Assembly: GCF_026210795.1 (NCBI RefSeq)
Contig: NC_089435.1
Span: 4,712,001 to 4,776,000 of the forward strand
Length of the DNA: 64,000 nt
Reading direction: 5' to 3'
From: Rhizophagus irregularis
Taxonomy: Eukaryota
Within the stretch, counting starts at the first letter, position 1; every line of letters begins with the position of its first letter. Under the pieces are notes generated by a model. That model was given only the letters and a program-made list of their open reading frames with translations. It ran no database searches and was not told where the DNA came from. This document shows positions 39,426-53,213 of this stretch, one piece after another. The position numbers were made by a program, and so were the translations under genes.

Positions 39426-42401
39426 TAATTATCAGTTATCCTCATAAGTTCATGCAGATTTTACATTATTGTTATTTAGGTCGGTTATCTCATATTACTA
39501 TGTATTATATAATTATCAATCATGAAAGTTTGAATACCAAGGAACATTATCATTTTTTATGAACGAATTTTTAATCATGTTTTTAATTTATAAAAATCGA
39601 AATTTTTTTATCGAAATTTTTATAAGAATAACGTATCTGGTACTGGTATATTTTAAAAAAATTTGTATATCTTAAAAAAACCGTATGGTTTAAAAACATG
39701 CATACACATACATATATACTGTAATATATTTGATGTTTAAAAAAAAAACTTTATTTTATTTTTTTTAATTATAAAATATTAAATATTACCGTTTATCATA
39801 ATGCCAAGAAAAAAAAAAATTTAAACAATGAAATTCTTAAAATGGTGAAAAAATGAGAGAATATGTAATATGATGCGTTAAAAACTTAAAAGTTTCTTTT
39901 TAAAATGAACTCTTTTTTAACTTTATTTATAAAAAAAAAGATTATATATATAAATAAATATATATATGTATATATGAGATCATTTATTTCGGAAGATCTC
40001 TTCCGTTATCTTTATATGTTTTTCATGATAAGAAGGAACAATTTTTTTTTTTACATCTTTGTTTTTACATCTTTGTTTTTACATCTTTGTATTTTTGCAT
40101 TTTTTTATGCATTTTTTTTCATGCATTTTTTTTATCATGCATATTTATATTTATTATTTTTTATTATTTTATTATTTTATTATTTTTCATATTTTTCATA
40201 AGAAAAAAACATTTAATTATTTGATCACCTAATCACCAATTTTGGTTTTATTTGTCGAAAAATAAAACGAATTTGGAAATTTCAGATGTCCAAAGAAATT
40301 GACAAAAATTAAAAAAAGGTATCAACTTTCCTAATTCATTATATTGATTAAAAAACTTTTAAACATTTAAGAACTTTTTAAGTGCGATAATTGAAATAAG
40401 CATGCGTGATCGGATGCACATATCGTGTCATGTAGATAAACTTTATTGTTGAAAAAAAAACCAGATTTTTATTTATAAATTTAACATAAATTTTTAACAT
40501 AAAATTTTAACATAAATTTTTAAAACATATAAATTTTAACTAAATTTTTACTAAATTTTAACTAAAATTTAACTACATTTTATCAGATTTTAAAATAAAA
40601 AATTAGAAAATTTTTCTGCAGGAGAAAAAAATAAATAATCATTAACAAAGGAAACATGTTTAGTATTTTACGAGTAATTTTTTAAAAAAACCGGAAGAAT
40701 TCCTGAATTTAGTTAAACATTATTATTGATATTGAATTGATTGACTCTTTTTACTGTAATTCGGAATTTCGGATGACAATGTAAAATTAGAAGATTATTA
40801 ATAAAAATAGACAAGATTAAAGATAAAGTCAAATATGAATAAATATAGACAAACGCTTATCAATTAAAAAGTACAAAGAATATCCTTCTTATCAAGAACG
40901 GAACATCCGAATTCAATTTTATCACGAAGATTAAACATTAAGATTTTGATTGTATTTAATATATTCGACAATATTGATTTTGATTGTATCAATGTATACT
41001 TTTTGAACAATGTTAAGAAATTATTTATTTAATAATTATTAATTTTATTCATTGTATAATTAATATTTTATTCCGATAACATATTTTACGTGTGATTACC
41101 ACCTAAAGTAGGTAAAGTGGTGGTACGTGATACAGTGATACACCAGAAAGAGCAAAACTAAAATTAGAATTTCGTGTCAAAGTATTGATTAGTATTTTGA
41201 TTATTATTGATTGTTTTACCTTAATTATCTCAAGATATTACTTAATTATCGCTAAGTTCAACTGTATCGGCTGTGATTTCCACTTTTAAATATTCTCGGA
41301 AATCTCGGATTTTGTATTGTGTACTTTTTGTTTGTGCACAGATCTTCAGAACCTGCGCCACGTTCCCATAAACGCCGTTTATAAAAAAAAGGGGATTCGG
41401 TTATGTCTTTAAAAAAAATATAATTCATTCATCCATCTACGTATATTCCCGTTCTTATATAATAGTTAGTAATATGTTTTTATTACTCGGTACACAAAAG
41501 AGTCAACGCCATTGTTACATATAATTTTTAATTATCCGAATTGGTGATATGATAATAATTATTTGTGATAATCATTAAATCATCACCTTTAAAGTATTTT
41601 TAAGTTTAGTTGACGCGTTTATTGACATGTGTGATGATTTGATGCAAAGTACTTCAACATCTCGTGTTTCAAAAATGTAATACAATTTAACGATTAAAAG
41701 AAGGGAAAATTTTTTTTAAAAATGGTAATATCTACTATTTCCCTATTTTTTTTTTTACAAACTTTATCGTTAAAATATTTTATAATTGGATGAAATTAAA
41801 ATAACGTAATAACTTGTTAATAATAATAATAAATAATTTTTTTTTTGTTTGTATGACAAAAAGACTCGGTTTTGTTACCTATTAAGTCACAATTATAAAA
41901 TGCGTTCAAATTAATAAATGCGTCATACATATTAGATTATCTATTAATTGGTTATTTATGCATTTAATATTTGTGTTGAACTCTTATTTATTATATAGAG
42001 TTAGTATATACATGGTGTCGCAATTAATTAGTTTAGTACATATTTAGTTTAATCTAAATTAGCCGATTGTCATTTTTGTATTGGTGTTATATATGAATAA
42101 AATCTTCCCTTTTTTATCTCGTAAAACTTTTTTTTTTTTAAAATACAACTAAATAACAACTTTCTTTTTGTCACCTTTATAAATACTTGCAATAATTTTG
42201 AAATCCTGTACCTTTTTTTCAAAAAAAAGTGAAAGTTTTCTCTTTTTTTTCATTTTATTATTATTAATCAGAACAAAATATAAAAAATAAAAAAAAAATA
42301 TATATAAAATTTTTTTAATTAACTTTTTGGTCATTTCATCATTTCATCAAATACTTATATATACTATTTTAAAAGAACAAATTAATTTTTTTTTTTTTTT
42401 G

Positions 42402-43987
42402 ATGATGACGAAAGAAAAAAGTATTTTCTCAATCCCTAGGGATACGAGAAAAAGAGTTTCATATTTCGTGTTTTGTGCAATATTTATATGTAGCGTTGCA
42501 AATTTCATGTTTGTAATATTACCAAGAATGTTATTTCCTGGTGAATATTTAAAAGTTAATAAAGTTCTTTGCAATGAGGTAAGATATAATAAGTGTATAC
42601 TTTTTTTAATACATTTTCATATTATGATATACTAATATAATTTTGTTCCATTCCCGCTAAACTTTATTCCCGCTCCCGCTAATCATTATTCCCACTAAAT
42701 GTTATTCTTATTCCCGCAAAACGTTATTCCCGCCAATTCTAGAATAATAATAATAATAAACCTATCAAACAGAAATTTGATATTGATGAATTTAATCATA
42801 CAACAAATGTGTACGAACATGATAAAAAGGTTAATGGAAAATATTGTAATGAATCAAAATGTAAATTTTTATTAGCTTATTTTCCACCAAATATGGATAC
42901 TTCAATATCGGACATTGAATTTTTAACTTACGTGAAATTGGCAGAATCACTTGAAAGAATTATGGTTTTAACCAATGTTAGATCTAAAAAGATTTCAACT
43001 TGTCAACCTTTTCCATTCAGTCTTTATTATGATATAAATAAATTACAACAAAATTTTCCTAATGTAAAATTTATTACTCAAGATGAATTTCAAAAATGGT
43101 CTTATCAAAGATATGATAAACCTTCAACTTCTCATTATTATATAACTGATGGAGGTGAAGAAAATTCTATTGTTAATATTTCTCCTTATTCAAATTCTTT
43201 AAAAAAAGTTTGGTGTCTTGATAAATTTAAATTAAAATTAAATGATACTACACCTTTTAAATTATTAAGATTATCATGGAATAATTGGATTGTAAATGAT
43301 GATGGATTTGATGGTAGAAATGATTTAAAAAAATTTTTATTAAATAATTTACAAGATAATTCTGATGTATTATTAATTAGACATGATATTAGAGAATCTA
43401 TATTCTTAAATGAATTACCTCCTCATTTACCTTATTCATCAATTATTGAAGATGCTTCTACAAAAATTATAAATTCTTTAAGACCTTATATAGCTATTCT
43501 ATGGGATTTTGAAAATACAAAAGATCCTGCTTTACCAATTTGTTCTTCAAGACTTTTATCAAGAGTACAAAAAACTATTGATGTTTCTGATATTGAAAAT
43601 ATATATTTTGTTTCAGATTATCCTTTATATAGATTAAATGATATCATTTCTTTAAATTCCACTCATCCAGTTATTCGTTCAACTCATCGTTTCTCTCATA
43701 TTCATACTGAAACTATTAAACTTATAACTTCAACAATTCCATATTATACTGCAGATTCTTTGGGTGCTATGAAATCTTTTGAAGATACATTAAAGGATGA
43801 ACTTGAAGAAAGTAGTATTAGGGATATTATAGATAAATTGGTAAGCATTAAAGCAGACAAGTTTATTGGATTACCTAGATGGCCTTGTAATGATCCCACT
43901 GATTCCAAAAGGGCGAAAATTTTTGCTGAATTGAGAGGATATGATAAATCTGATAATAATACTTTTTCTAATATTGCAAGATTTTAA
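42402..43987 (+). CDS. Divergent O-fucosyltransferase-fold type II membrane protein, 473 aa; exons 42402-42578, 42743-43987
   Basis: TM exon, phase-0 intron; KYC..CKFLLAYFPP, ERIMVLTNV, IYFVSDYP, IIDKLVSIKADKFIG. The family motifs PEQET and HWRME are replaced by PNMDT and LWDFE. Confidence 0.8.
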
Positions 43988-44000
43988 GAAGGGTGGGTAC

Positions 44001-44126
44001 CGTTAAGAAAAATGGTCAACGTTAAGAAAAATGGTCTACGTTAAGAAAAATGTTCAACGTTAAGAAAAATGGTCAACGTTAAGAAAAATGGTCAACGTTA
44101 AGAAAAATAGTCTACGTTAAGAAAAA
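44001..44126. repeat. 19-bp minisatellite CGTTAAGAAAAATGGTCAA, 6 full copies plus one partial
   Basis: Direct tandem copies with no spacers, just 3' of the stop codon at 43987. Confidence 0.92.
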
Positions 44127-45372
44127 AAAAATCATTTTATTTTTAATTAACTAAAATATTATTTTATGTATAATTTTTTTTTGTTATTTCTTATTTTATT
44201 TATATTTTTTCTTTTTTTTTTAGTTTTTTGCATGTGTAAATTTTTTTTAAAAAAAACGAAAAACGAAAAAAATTACAAAGTAATTTTTTTTTTTTTGGAT
44301 GAATTTTTTGTTATAATATTTATAGTATTTTATAGTATATGTTTTATATATACTTTATTTTTTTTTAATAATGTAAAATATGGTTTAAATATACGATCCT
44401 TGATATTAAAAAAAAAAATATCTTGGTATTTTTATTTCTTTTATGAGAAAAAAAAACTTTTCTTGAAAATTTTGAGAATTAAAGAAATCTTTTTTTTTTT
44501 TTGACTAATTATATAGATGATCTTCCAAAAAACGTGAGTTTTGTGTGAAGTTGTGTGAGTTGTGTAAAAAACGTGAACTTTGTGATCTTTCTTGGCGTTT
44601 ACCTCGTTTTTTTTTTTCTTGGCATAATTAAACAAAAAATATCAAAAATGTAAATTTACTGGATGATTAAGTAACACTAACATAAATCCCTCACATCAGA
44701 TACATCAGATACATCAGATTACATCAAAGGAACTAATCGAAATGATCGAAATGGAATTAATGTAAGATCTCTTTGTTCGATTTAATTTTAATAAAGGTTT
44801 TGAAAAACAAACAAAAAAAAAACCAGGGTTTCTATTCAGAAAGATATGCAAGTACAGTAGATGATGATATACGAGATATTATTATTATATTATATTACAT
44901 ACATTATATATGTATATATGTATATGTATAATGAGATTTATATTTTTATTGAAGATTGTTTTGATCTTCATAAAAGAAAGTTTCAAATGTATTATTCTCT
45001 TTAGAATTTTCGTATTTTTTTTTAAAAAAAAAATAAATTTTTTTTCCTGTAGTATTTTTCTGTATTTGTACGTATTAAAATTTTTCTTTTTTAATTAAAA
45101 TTTTAATTTTTTGTTTTTCCCTTTAGGTATCCTTTAAATTATGGATTAGCCTCGTGTCACCAATAATGAAAATCAATGCAAAAAAAGTCCGTTATATATA
45201 TTTAATATAAAAAGGCCCTTTATGGATTATTTTTGGAATAAATTTTTTTTTTTAAATTTTCTACTTTTTTTTTTTAAAAAAAAAATCACATTTTATTATT
45301 AAAACAAATTTTTTTTTTAAAAAAAAAACCAATCATTTTATAAAAAAAACCCAATCATTTTATAAAAAAAAA

Positions 45373-46578
45373 ATGTTTCATGAAAAAATCGATTCACGTG
45401 AAAGATTACATTCAAGAAACAGATTTTTATTTAAAACAATCTTTCCAATAATAATATTAACATTATTTTTAACATTTTATACATTTTCAACCGAATTTTT
45501 ATTTACAATAACTTCATCATCATCATATTCTACTGATAATACTATTGATACCGTTGATATTATTGATAATATTAATACTATTGATACTATTGATACTATT
45601 GATACTGTTGATACTATTGATACCGCTGTTACTACCACCACTCCCATCACTTCCGCCACTTCTACTACCACTTCTACTACCACTTCCACAACCACTTCAA
45701 ACACAACTTCCATCATCATTGATCCCTCAGAAAAATTCTTGACATATTTACCTCATAGTGGATTTCACAATCAACATGGAGCATTAATGAATGCAATAAT
45801 GTTATCATATATAACAAATCGTACATTAATTATGCCACCTGTATTAATTAATTACGTACCACATTATCATTCATATTATCCTTTATCTAATAATTTAAAT
45901 GAAATGATTGAAGCCAAAAATTATCGAAAAAATCATTGTTCATCAACAACAATATATGATGAGTATGATGATGATAATAAATATTGTAATGATAAAAAAT
46001 ATTCAAAATATGATAATTTAACAATGATGAATTGGGAAGATATTTTTGATTTAAGTGAAATAAGAAAACATATTAAAATGATTAATCGAGATTATAATTT
46101 TTCATTAAATAAATTAAAAAATACTTTAAATATTAAAAATATTAAAAATAATAATAATAAAGATATTTATTTATTTATTGAAAATGAAACTTATGAATAT
46201 AAATTTTTTGATAATAAGAAATCAAAAGAGGATTTAGAAAATTTTCAAAAAAAATTCTTTATAAAAGATTTTTTAAAAATCAAAAAAAAATTATTACATT
46301 TCACTTCATTATTTAGTCATTATAAATTATCATTAGAAAATGATGATAATAAAAAATTTAGAAATTTTATTCATAATAAATTAATTATTAATAATAAGAA
46401 TATATTAAATATAACTAATAATATTATTAATAAATTAGGTGGTAAAAATAATTATTTTGGTTTACATATTAGATTAGGTGATGGGATTTTTAAAGATTTT
46501 GGTAAAAAGAATATAAATTTAATTTTTAATAAATTAATTAAAAAATTAAATTTATTTAATTATGATGGTCATTATAAT

Positions 46579-46609
<31 letters not shown>

Positions 46610-47073
46610 GCAATAATAATAATAGTAATAATAATAATCATAATAATAATGATGTTAATAATAATCAAAATCAGGATCAAAATCAAATTCAAGATCAAAA
46701 TCAAAATCAAAGTCAAAATCAAAATCAAAAAAATCATAATAATTTGGATCAATGTTTAAAAAATAATTTACCTATAATTTATATAGCAACAGATTCTAAT
46801 CAACCAAAAAAAGATTTTTCAAAATTTTATAATAATTTATCATGTATTTTTACTTTATTTGATTTTGAAAAAGATTTAAAAATTTTAAAGAATTTATCAA
46901 GTGATTATGATAAAAATATTAATTTATCAAATTTTTATATACCTTTAATAGATTTATTAATAACAGCTCATAGTGGGATTTTTATTGGTACTGAAAATAG
47001 TACTTTTTCAAGGATGGCTTATGAAGTAAATAATTTATCTAATGGTAAAGATGCCATGTCAACGGATTGTTAG
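45373..47073 (+). CDS. O-fucosyltransferase-family (CigA-like) type II membrane protein, 566 aa, single exon, with T/D-rich stem and N/Q low-complexity insert
   Basis: EKFLTYLPHSGFHNQ..AL.NA..L...TNRTLIMPP, YFGLHIRLGDG, IYIATD, DLLITAHSGIFIGTENSTFS are typical O-FucT (PF10250-like) motifs. Confidence 0.85.
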
Positions 47074-48204
47074 CTGGTATAACAATTAGCAATTAGTCAA
47101 TTTAAAAATTAGAATTTAGTAATTAGAAAATTAGAAATTAGAAAAATTAGAATTTAAAAATTTAGTTAACTATATACATAACATATATTTGTAATAATAT
47201 AATAAATTTATTTGATGTTCATAAAATTTTTTCAATATCTTACTCTCGTTGATTTGATAATTTTTTTTCGAATTTCAAATTTTAAGTGGCCACATTAAAA
47301 TACATAAATGCAGTAAATGCAGGAGATATTATTTACTTATTTATTGTTTGACGTATACAATACAACAATAAATAAAATAAATGTAAATATGCTGTAAGAG
47401 AATTTTAAAATTTTTTTTTTGTCGATCTAGAATAGAATATACACTAAACTATTTCGAAAAAGAAAAAGATGATCTTTTTGATAAGAAAAAAAAAAATGAA
47501 ATACCTTGGAATACCTGGAAAAAGACGGAATTTCTTATTTATTATTTTAAACTTAATTTAACCCGTTTTTACTTAATAAGTAAGACAATATTTTCCCTAT
47601 ATAAATGTTATATGATTACTTAAAATTCTTTTTAGGACTCCATAATAAGGTAATAAATAAAAAAGAATTCTCAAAAAGAAAATTTAGAAATGAATTCCAA
47701 ATTAAGAAATTCTATAGATGTAAATTATTGTTTTATTGTGTCTAACCCTTATTATATATATATATTATTATTATTATTTTTAACTAATAACGCCATTGAT
47801 TCATCTAAAAAAAAATTTTTAATCATTCATTGGTAATTATTTTTTTTATCACAAATATTTTGATAAAATTTTAAAAAGATGTGAAAGATGTGAAAGATGT
47901 GAAAGAAAAAAAAAAAATTTTAAAATTTTAAACTTTTTTTTATTTTGTTTCAATAACCTTTCATTAGTCTTCATATTCTTCACACTCTTCACAGTTTCAC
48001 AGCCTTCACATGTAATGTAAATAACACTTTTTTACTAAATCTTTAATGCATGGGATTTTTAAGGATATGTTTCAAAAGATTTCATGAATACAAAGAAAAC
48101 AAAGAATTCTTCATCATGATCTTCCGGGTAATGATTCATGCAAGAAATGCGAATCAAAAAAAAAGCGAGAAAGAATTTTTTATTAAAAATAATTATATAA
48201 AATA

Positions 48205-48770
48205 TATTAAACAATATTCTTACAAAAGAATAAATATATAAAATATGTTAAACAATATTCTTACAAACTACAAAAAAATAAACAATATTCTTACAAATAT
48301 AAAATAAAAAGAATTCTTACGAAGAAATAAATATCTAAAATAGAATACATGTACTGTATATTAAACAGAGTTCTATAAATACTTTCGACTTTTTTATTGG
48401 AATTGGAAAGGCTTGGAATTGGAGATTCCAAATATTTCAATGCACATCACTGCTATACATAGGTACATGAAAAAATTTAAAATTTAAAATTGTATCCGGG
48501 TATCTATGGGCCGTGATATACGATATATAAAATATATTAAACAAAAATTCTTACAAAGATAATTCTCGCAAGCATTATTAATTCTCTCAGTTAATTTTCT
48601 TAAAGATAATTCTCTCAATGATAATTCTCTCAAGGAAAAATTCTCCCAGGATCTCTCAATATATATAAATCTATTTTTAGGATAGTTCGAGGATATTACC
48701 ATATAATTCTTGCATGCAAAGTAACAAAGATAATTCTCACAGGTGATTCTCCCAAAGATAATTCTTAAAA
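48205..48770. repeat. Degenerate repeats (AAACAATATTCTTACAAA and GATAATTCTCTCAA units), likely a TE remnant
   Basis: Multiple short direct copies visible. Confidence 0.5.
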
Positions 48771-51499
48771 AGGATTTTTCCTCAATAAGTCTCAAAAAAA
48801 TCCCATTCACAATTTACAAAAGCAAAACAAACTCATAAGGTAAATTTATACCCATAAGGTAAAATTAACCCAAATCGAAGACCAACTTCAACCGATCCTT
48901 ATGCCCCTATTCCCCAGTCACAAACTTAACTAGTTTAGGGAATTCGTAATCTACTTAAGTTTTCCATTTAGTATGTTTATTATGTCATAATTCAACTTGG
49001 GAACGAACTTTATGCCCCAGACCAAAACCCCTATCTGTTAGGGAATTAGTTTGTAGGGTTGAAATATGTTTCAGTTACCATGTTGATTTAGGAAATGGTC
49101 GTTGTTTGGATTACAACATATATGTGATCAGATTGGTTATATATTGTTTACATTTATTTATGAGACGCCAAAGTAAGTTAATAAGTTTATGTACATCGTT
49201 GAATGCCAGACTAATGTTAATTCGGTATTTATTGATATTTAACTCTAATCATCAAACAATAAGTACAATAAGTACAGCATATCATCACATGTTTCATTTG
49301 GGATAAAATATTTTCTACAGCAATTTGAAATATCAGAGTTTGAACAATTGATTTATCACATTATCACTTTACTCATAATATACGTAATACAATATACAGT
49401 ACACTGGTTAGCTTCGAATAGCTTTCACCGGGTTTTCCAAACATTAATTCGAATGTATCATATGTCATGTAATTGTGTAATTCTATTATTAGGTATTATA
49501 TAATTGGCGATTCTTTAACGAACAAATTATTTACATGAAAAAGCGAAACGAATTCGAATCATATTCAAACATTTTTCGAATACTAAAATCTCAGTTTCAT
49601 CTATCAAGGGGGCAAGACGTTTTGGAAGATATTGTTCGTTGATCTAATTTCGAGGTCTTATTTTACGCGGCGTATTATTAGTATCATCATTAAACTTTAT
49701 TTTATCATTGTACTACTTTCCATTTATTATGTTAAGAACTCATCAGGTATACAACAGTTATACATATATTGCCAGTATCGATCGTTATTGTAGGTTATGC
49801 TGGTCCTAAGATGTTGCCGCACGAACGAGCTTCAAGAGGACGCGAGGAATGATGATGACGATGAGGAAGAATAATTGGAAGAGGAAGTATCCATGATAAT
49901 CTTTTTTTTCATTGAAAGCATTGAAAGCAACAATTATAAGTCCCTAAGTAATATTTTACTTCATCTACATACAGCAATTACAGCATGGTAATTAATATGT
50001 AACTTATATCATTGGATATAAGCACGCAGCTTTAAACGGATAATTTTTAGGAATACCAGACTTCCAAATCAAATTATACCATAATATTTAAGGGAAAAAT
50101 CTTCATAAATATGACAAAAGGGAATTCAAATCTATGGAATGTAATTTTCGTCTATATTAATGAATGATGGTAACTAATTATACATTCAAATGTTATCAAC
50201 ATCTTAATTAATCAAATAACTTATACTTAATATAAAAATTCATACAATTCAGATATAACTAATAAAGAGCGAATTTATAATGCATTTTTTTTACGCGCTA
50301 CGCATTTTCAATGTGTCATGGGAGTATCGTTTAAGAAAGATTTACAAAAAAAAAATAATATTTTTTTTTCTTTATTTGAAAAGAGGATTTTAAGTAAATA
50401 GGTTGATTTAAAATTGTCTTATAGAGTGTATATGATGCGTATACTGCGACTGCGTATATCAGATAAATTTCAATATTAATTAATCTAGTATCCGCAGTAT
50501 ACCGATCATATGATATTTTGATGGTTATGGTTATTTACTAAAATTTTTTATTGTTAACAACAAATTGGCTGTTCCTGTTTAATATTTTAGTAATTGCTAA
50601 CAACAAAAAACTTTAGTAAATAGTCGGGTCTGGTGAAATTCAGAATGCCAATGTTACATCTCGATTAACAAAATCAAGAAACAACTTGTACAAAAAAAAT
50701 GTCGACATATTCCAGAATACAAAATTTCGGTATTATATATTAATTTGAAATAAAGTGCGTATCAAAATAGACAAAGTATCGGAATTTGGATTTTGTGGTT
50801 CGCGATCGAGATCTTAAACATGTGTCAATCAGAATTTACAGTAGTTGTTTTATATAATGTCAGGATTCTGTATTTCGTAATTTAGGACAGTTCCCGATAT
50901 GAAAAAGCTTGATTTTTTTGATGTTGAGAAAGGCGCAATAGATAGATGATGAAGGAATGAGCATTCATAGTTAATTTCTTTCATATTTCGAAGAAAGTAA
51001 AAATATAAATTTTATAAACTTTTCAATGATTTCGCAGATTATTGATTTGTGTAACAAGAACTTTTTGATATAACCGAAGAGTAATAATTATATGTGTGAG
51101 GTAATAGTACCGATTACCGAATGGTTTAGTATGGTATAAATATGGATTTAGGATTTGAGGTGTCGACTCAATTGAATTTTTGTAATTGATTTGAAGATCG
51201 AAAAAAAATAAAGTTGATTTTTATTCTTGTAATTTGAATATGTAATATTTTTTTGGCATTTTTTTTTTTACGTGTTTCCGGGTATATTGAAGCGTTTAGC
51301 CTTATTTACATAGAATAGATTTCTTAATCTTTCTCCATAGATTTTTTCAGAATTGCAAATAAAAGAACAAGTATAATCTTCCTGCAGTATAATAAATTTT
51401 AATAATAGTTTTTATTTAATAAAAAAATTTGGTTATATTAATAAAATTCATTAATTATAAGGATTATTACCAAAATATCAATTCTGTGCTCGATATAAT

Positions 51500-52700
51500 T
51501 AAAATTATTTCAAAAAAAAAAACTTGAATGTCTTAAAACATGCCAGCCAACAGTTCATCTTTTACACTTCATACCAATATACAAAACCTGATTTCAAGTC
51601 AGATGATCTTTCATCGCTAGACCACTATCACATAAAAACATGTAGAATCAGGTATTTGAAATACTAGAGCATAAGGAAAGAGTATAAAACATATGTTATA
51701 ACTTATGATTTATTAATAAATTGGTTAACAAACCCTAATTAAAAAACAATAAAAACTATTAAAACCAATTACCCAAACTAGCTAAAGAATGGCTTGATTT
51801 AATGAAAAATCCAAAATAAAAATTTAGCGATTCTGAACAATTGACACAGCAAATGAGTATATCATTAGAGAAGCAGGAGCTGAAAAGTTCAATAAAAGCA
51901 ATAAAATAAAAGCGAAGTATTTATTTTTTACTTACACACATGCTATCTTAATGTAGATGAATTTAGGGAAACATTAAAAATGAATCTAAGTACGAGTTTA
52001 TTCATAGAATCATCACAAACAGGTGAGAAAATTTTGGAAGGTTCTGTTTTACTTGCATCTTTCTTTGTAAAATTATCATGGCTATCTACTGTAATCCAAC
52101 CGGATTACAAAAAAATGTAAAATTTTGGTGATAGTGGGCTTGTTAAAGAGTAGTCTTTTAGTGATAACCCATCAATTAATGAACGTATAAGAAAAAATTT
52201 AATAATCCGCAGTAGAAATATCATTTATCACAGGCAATACCAAGGTCCATTTGGATGCTACTCATTTTTTGTAAAAAGTCGGATTTATTGGTACAAGCTG
52301 GATTGTTTTTCGTTCAAGTTTCTTCACCTATATGTAAGATAGCAGTATAGATGAAACCTAAATTATAGCTCTTGCAAAAAATATTCAAGTTTCGATGCTT
52401 ATTATGTAATGATCTCAATCCATATGACGTAATGAAAGAATTTATCATGGTTATAACCATCTTTATCATTATTAAATGTCAGTAGAAATGAGATGCTTAC
52501 GTTATTAACATTTTGTATATAATGAACTCGACTATTACCACGTTCTGGTTTTTGTAATTCTTCGGTATCATTTTCATAGAATAATTCGAGCAATTTTATT
52601 ACTTTTTTACCATCTCGAAAATCTTTATCTATTGCAATTGATTTCTGGAATCTTTTTTTCGCCTTATTAAAGGGAATAATGAGTGAGATTGAAACTTCTC
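51500..52700 (-). pseudogene. Possible decayed multi-exon gene remnant
   Basis: Coding-like stretches (e.g. KKRFQKSIAIDKDFRDGKKVIKLLELFYENDTEEL) bounded by GTAAG donors and AG acceptors but broken by stops; no family recognised. Confidence 0.3.
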
Positions 52701-53213
52701 TCTTTCAATAGAAGCGGACGATTACAGACGATACTTCGCCATCTAGAGATATTGTTTATTTTCCTTTTATTGTTTAACGAGAAAGAAGTACCTCTACAAT
52801 CAAACAAATGAGATTCAGAAACGTGAATATTAATGCTCTATTAATCATAAGGGATTATACTCAGATTTTCTAGAAATCACGTGATAAATACATCAAGGAA
52901 ACTGAGTCGTACAATGTTAAAAATCTCCTTACTTTTGCCGCACGACGGACTGTATAAAAAGGATAAATTTGTGAATGTTTATGTTCACTACGATTTTTAA
53001 TCACTTGCCAAACAGTACATTTACTAAAATAATTTATATGACAAAAAAATTATTAATATAAAAAAAATATTTTTTCACACATTTGATTAGACGATATATA
53101 GTAAGTTTTGACTACATATATTTTTAAATGAGTAGCATAGGATTTTTTTTTTAATACTTTTATTAATTAAGTTAATAAAATTATATAATTACGTAAATAA
53201 TTAATTATTATTA

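Noticed and set aside
44001..44126. CRISPR-like regular repeats
   Set aside because: Units are head-to-tail with no unique spacers, the context is eukaryotic and there are no cas genes; it is a minisatellite.
45477..46759. Poly-I/L/V ORFs overlapping the CigA-like gene
   Set aside because: They are alternative-frame and antisense readings of trinucleotide repeats.
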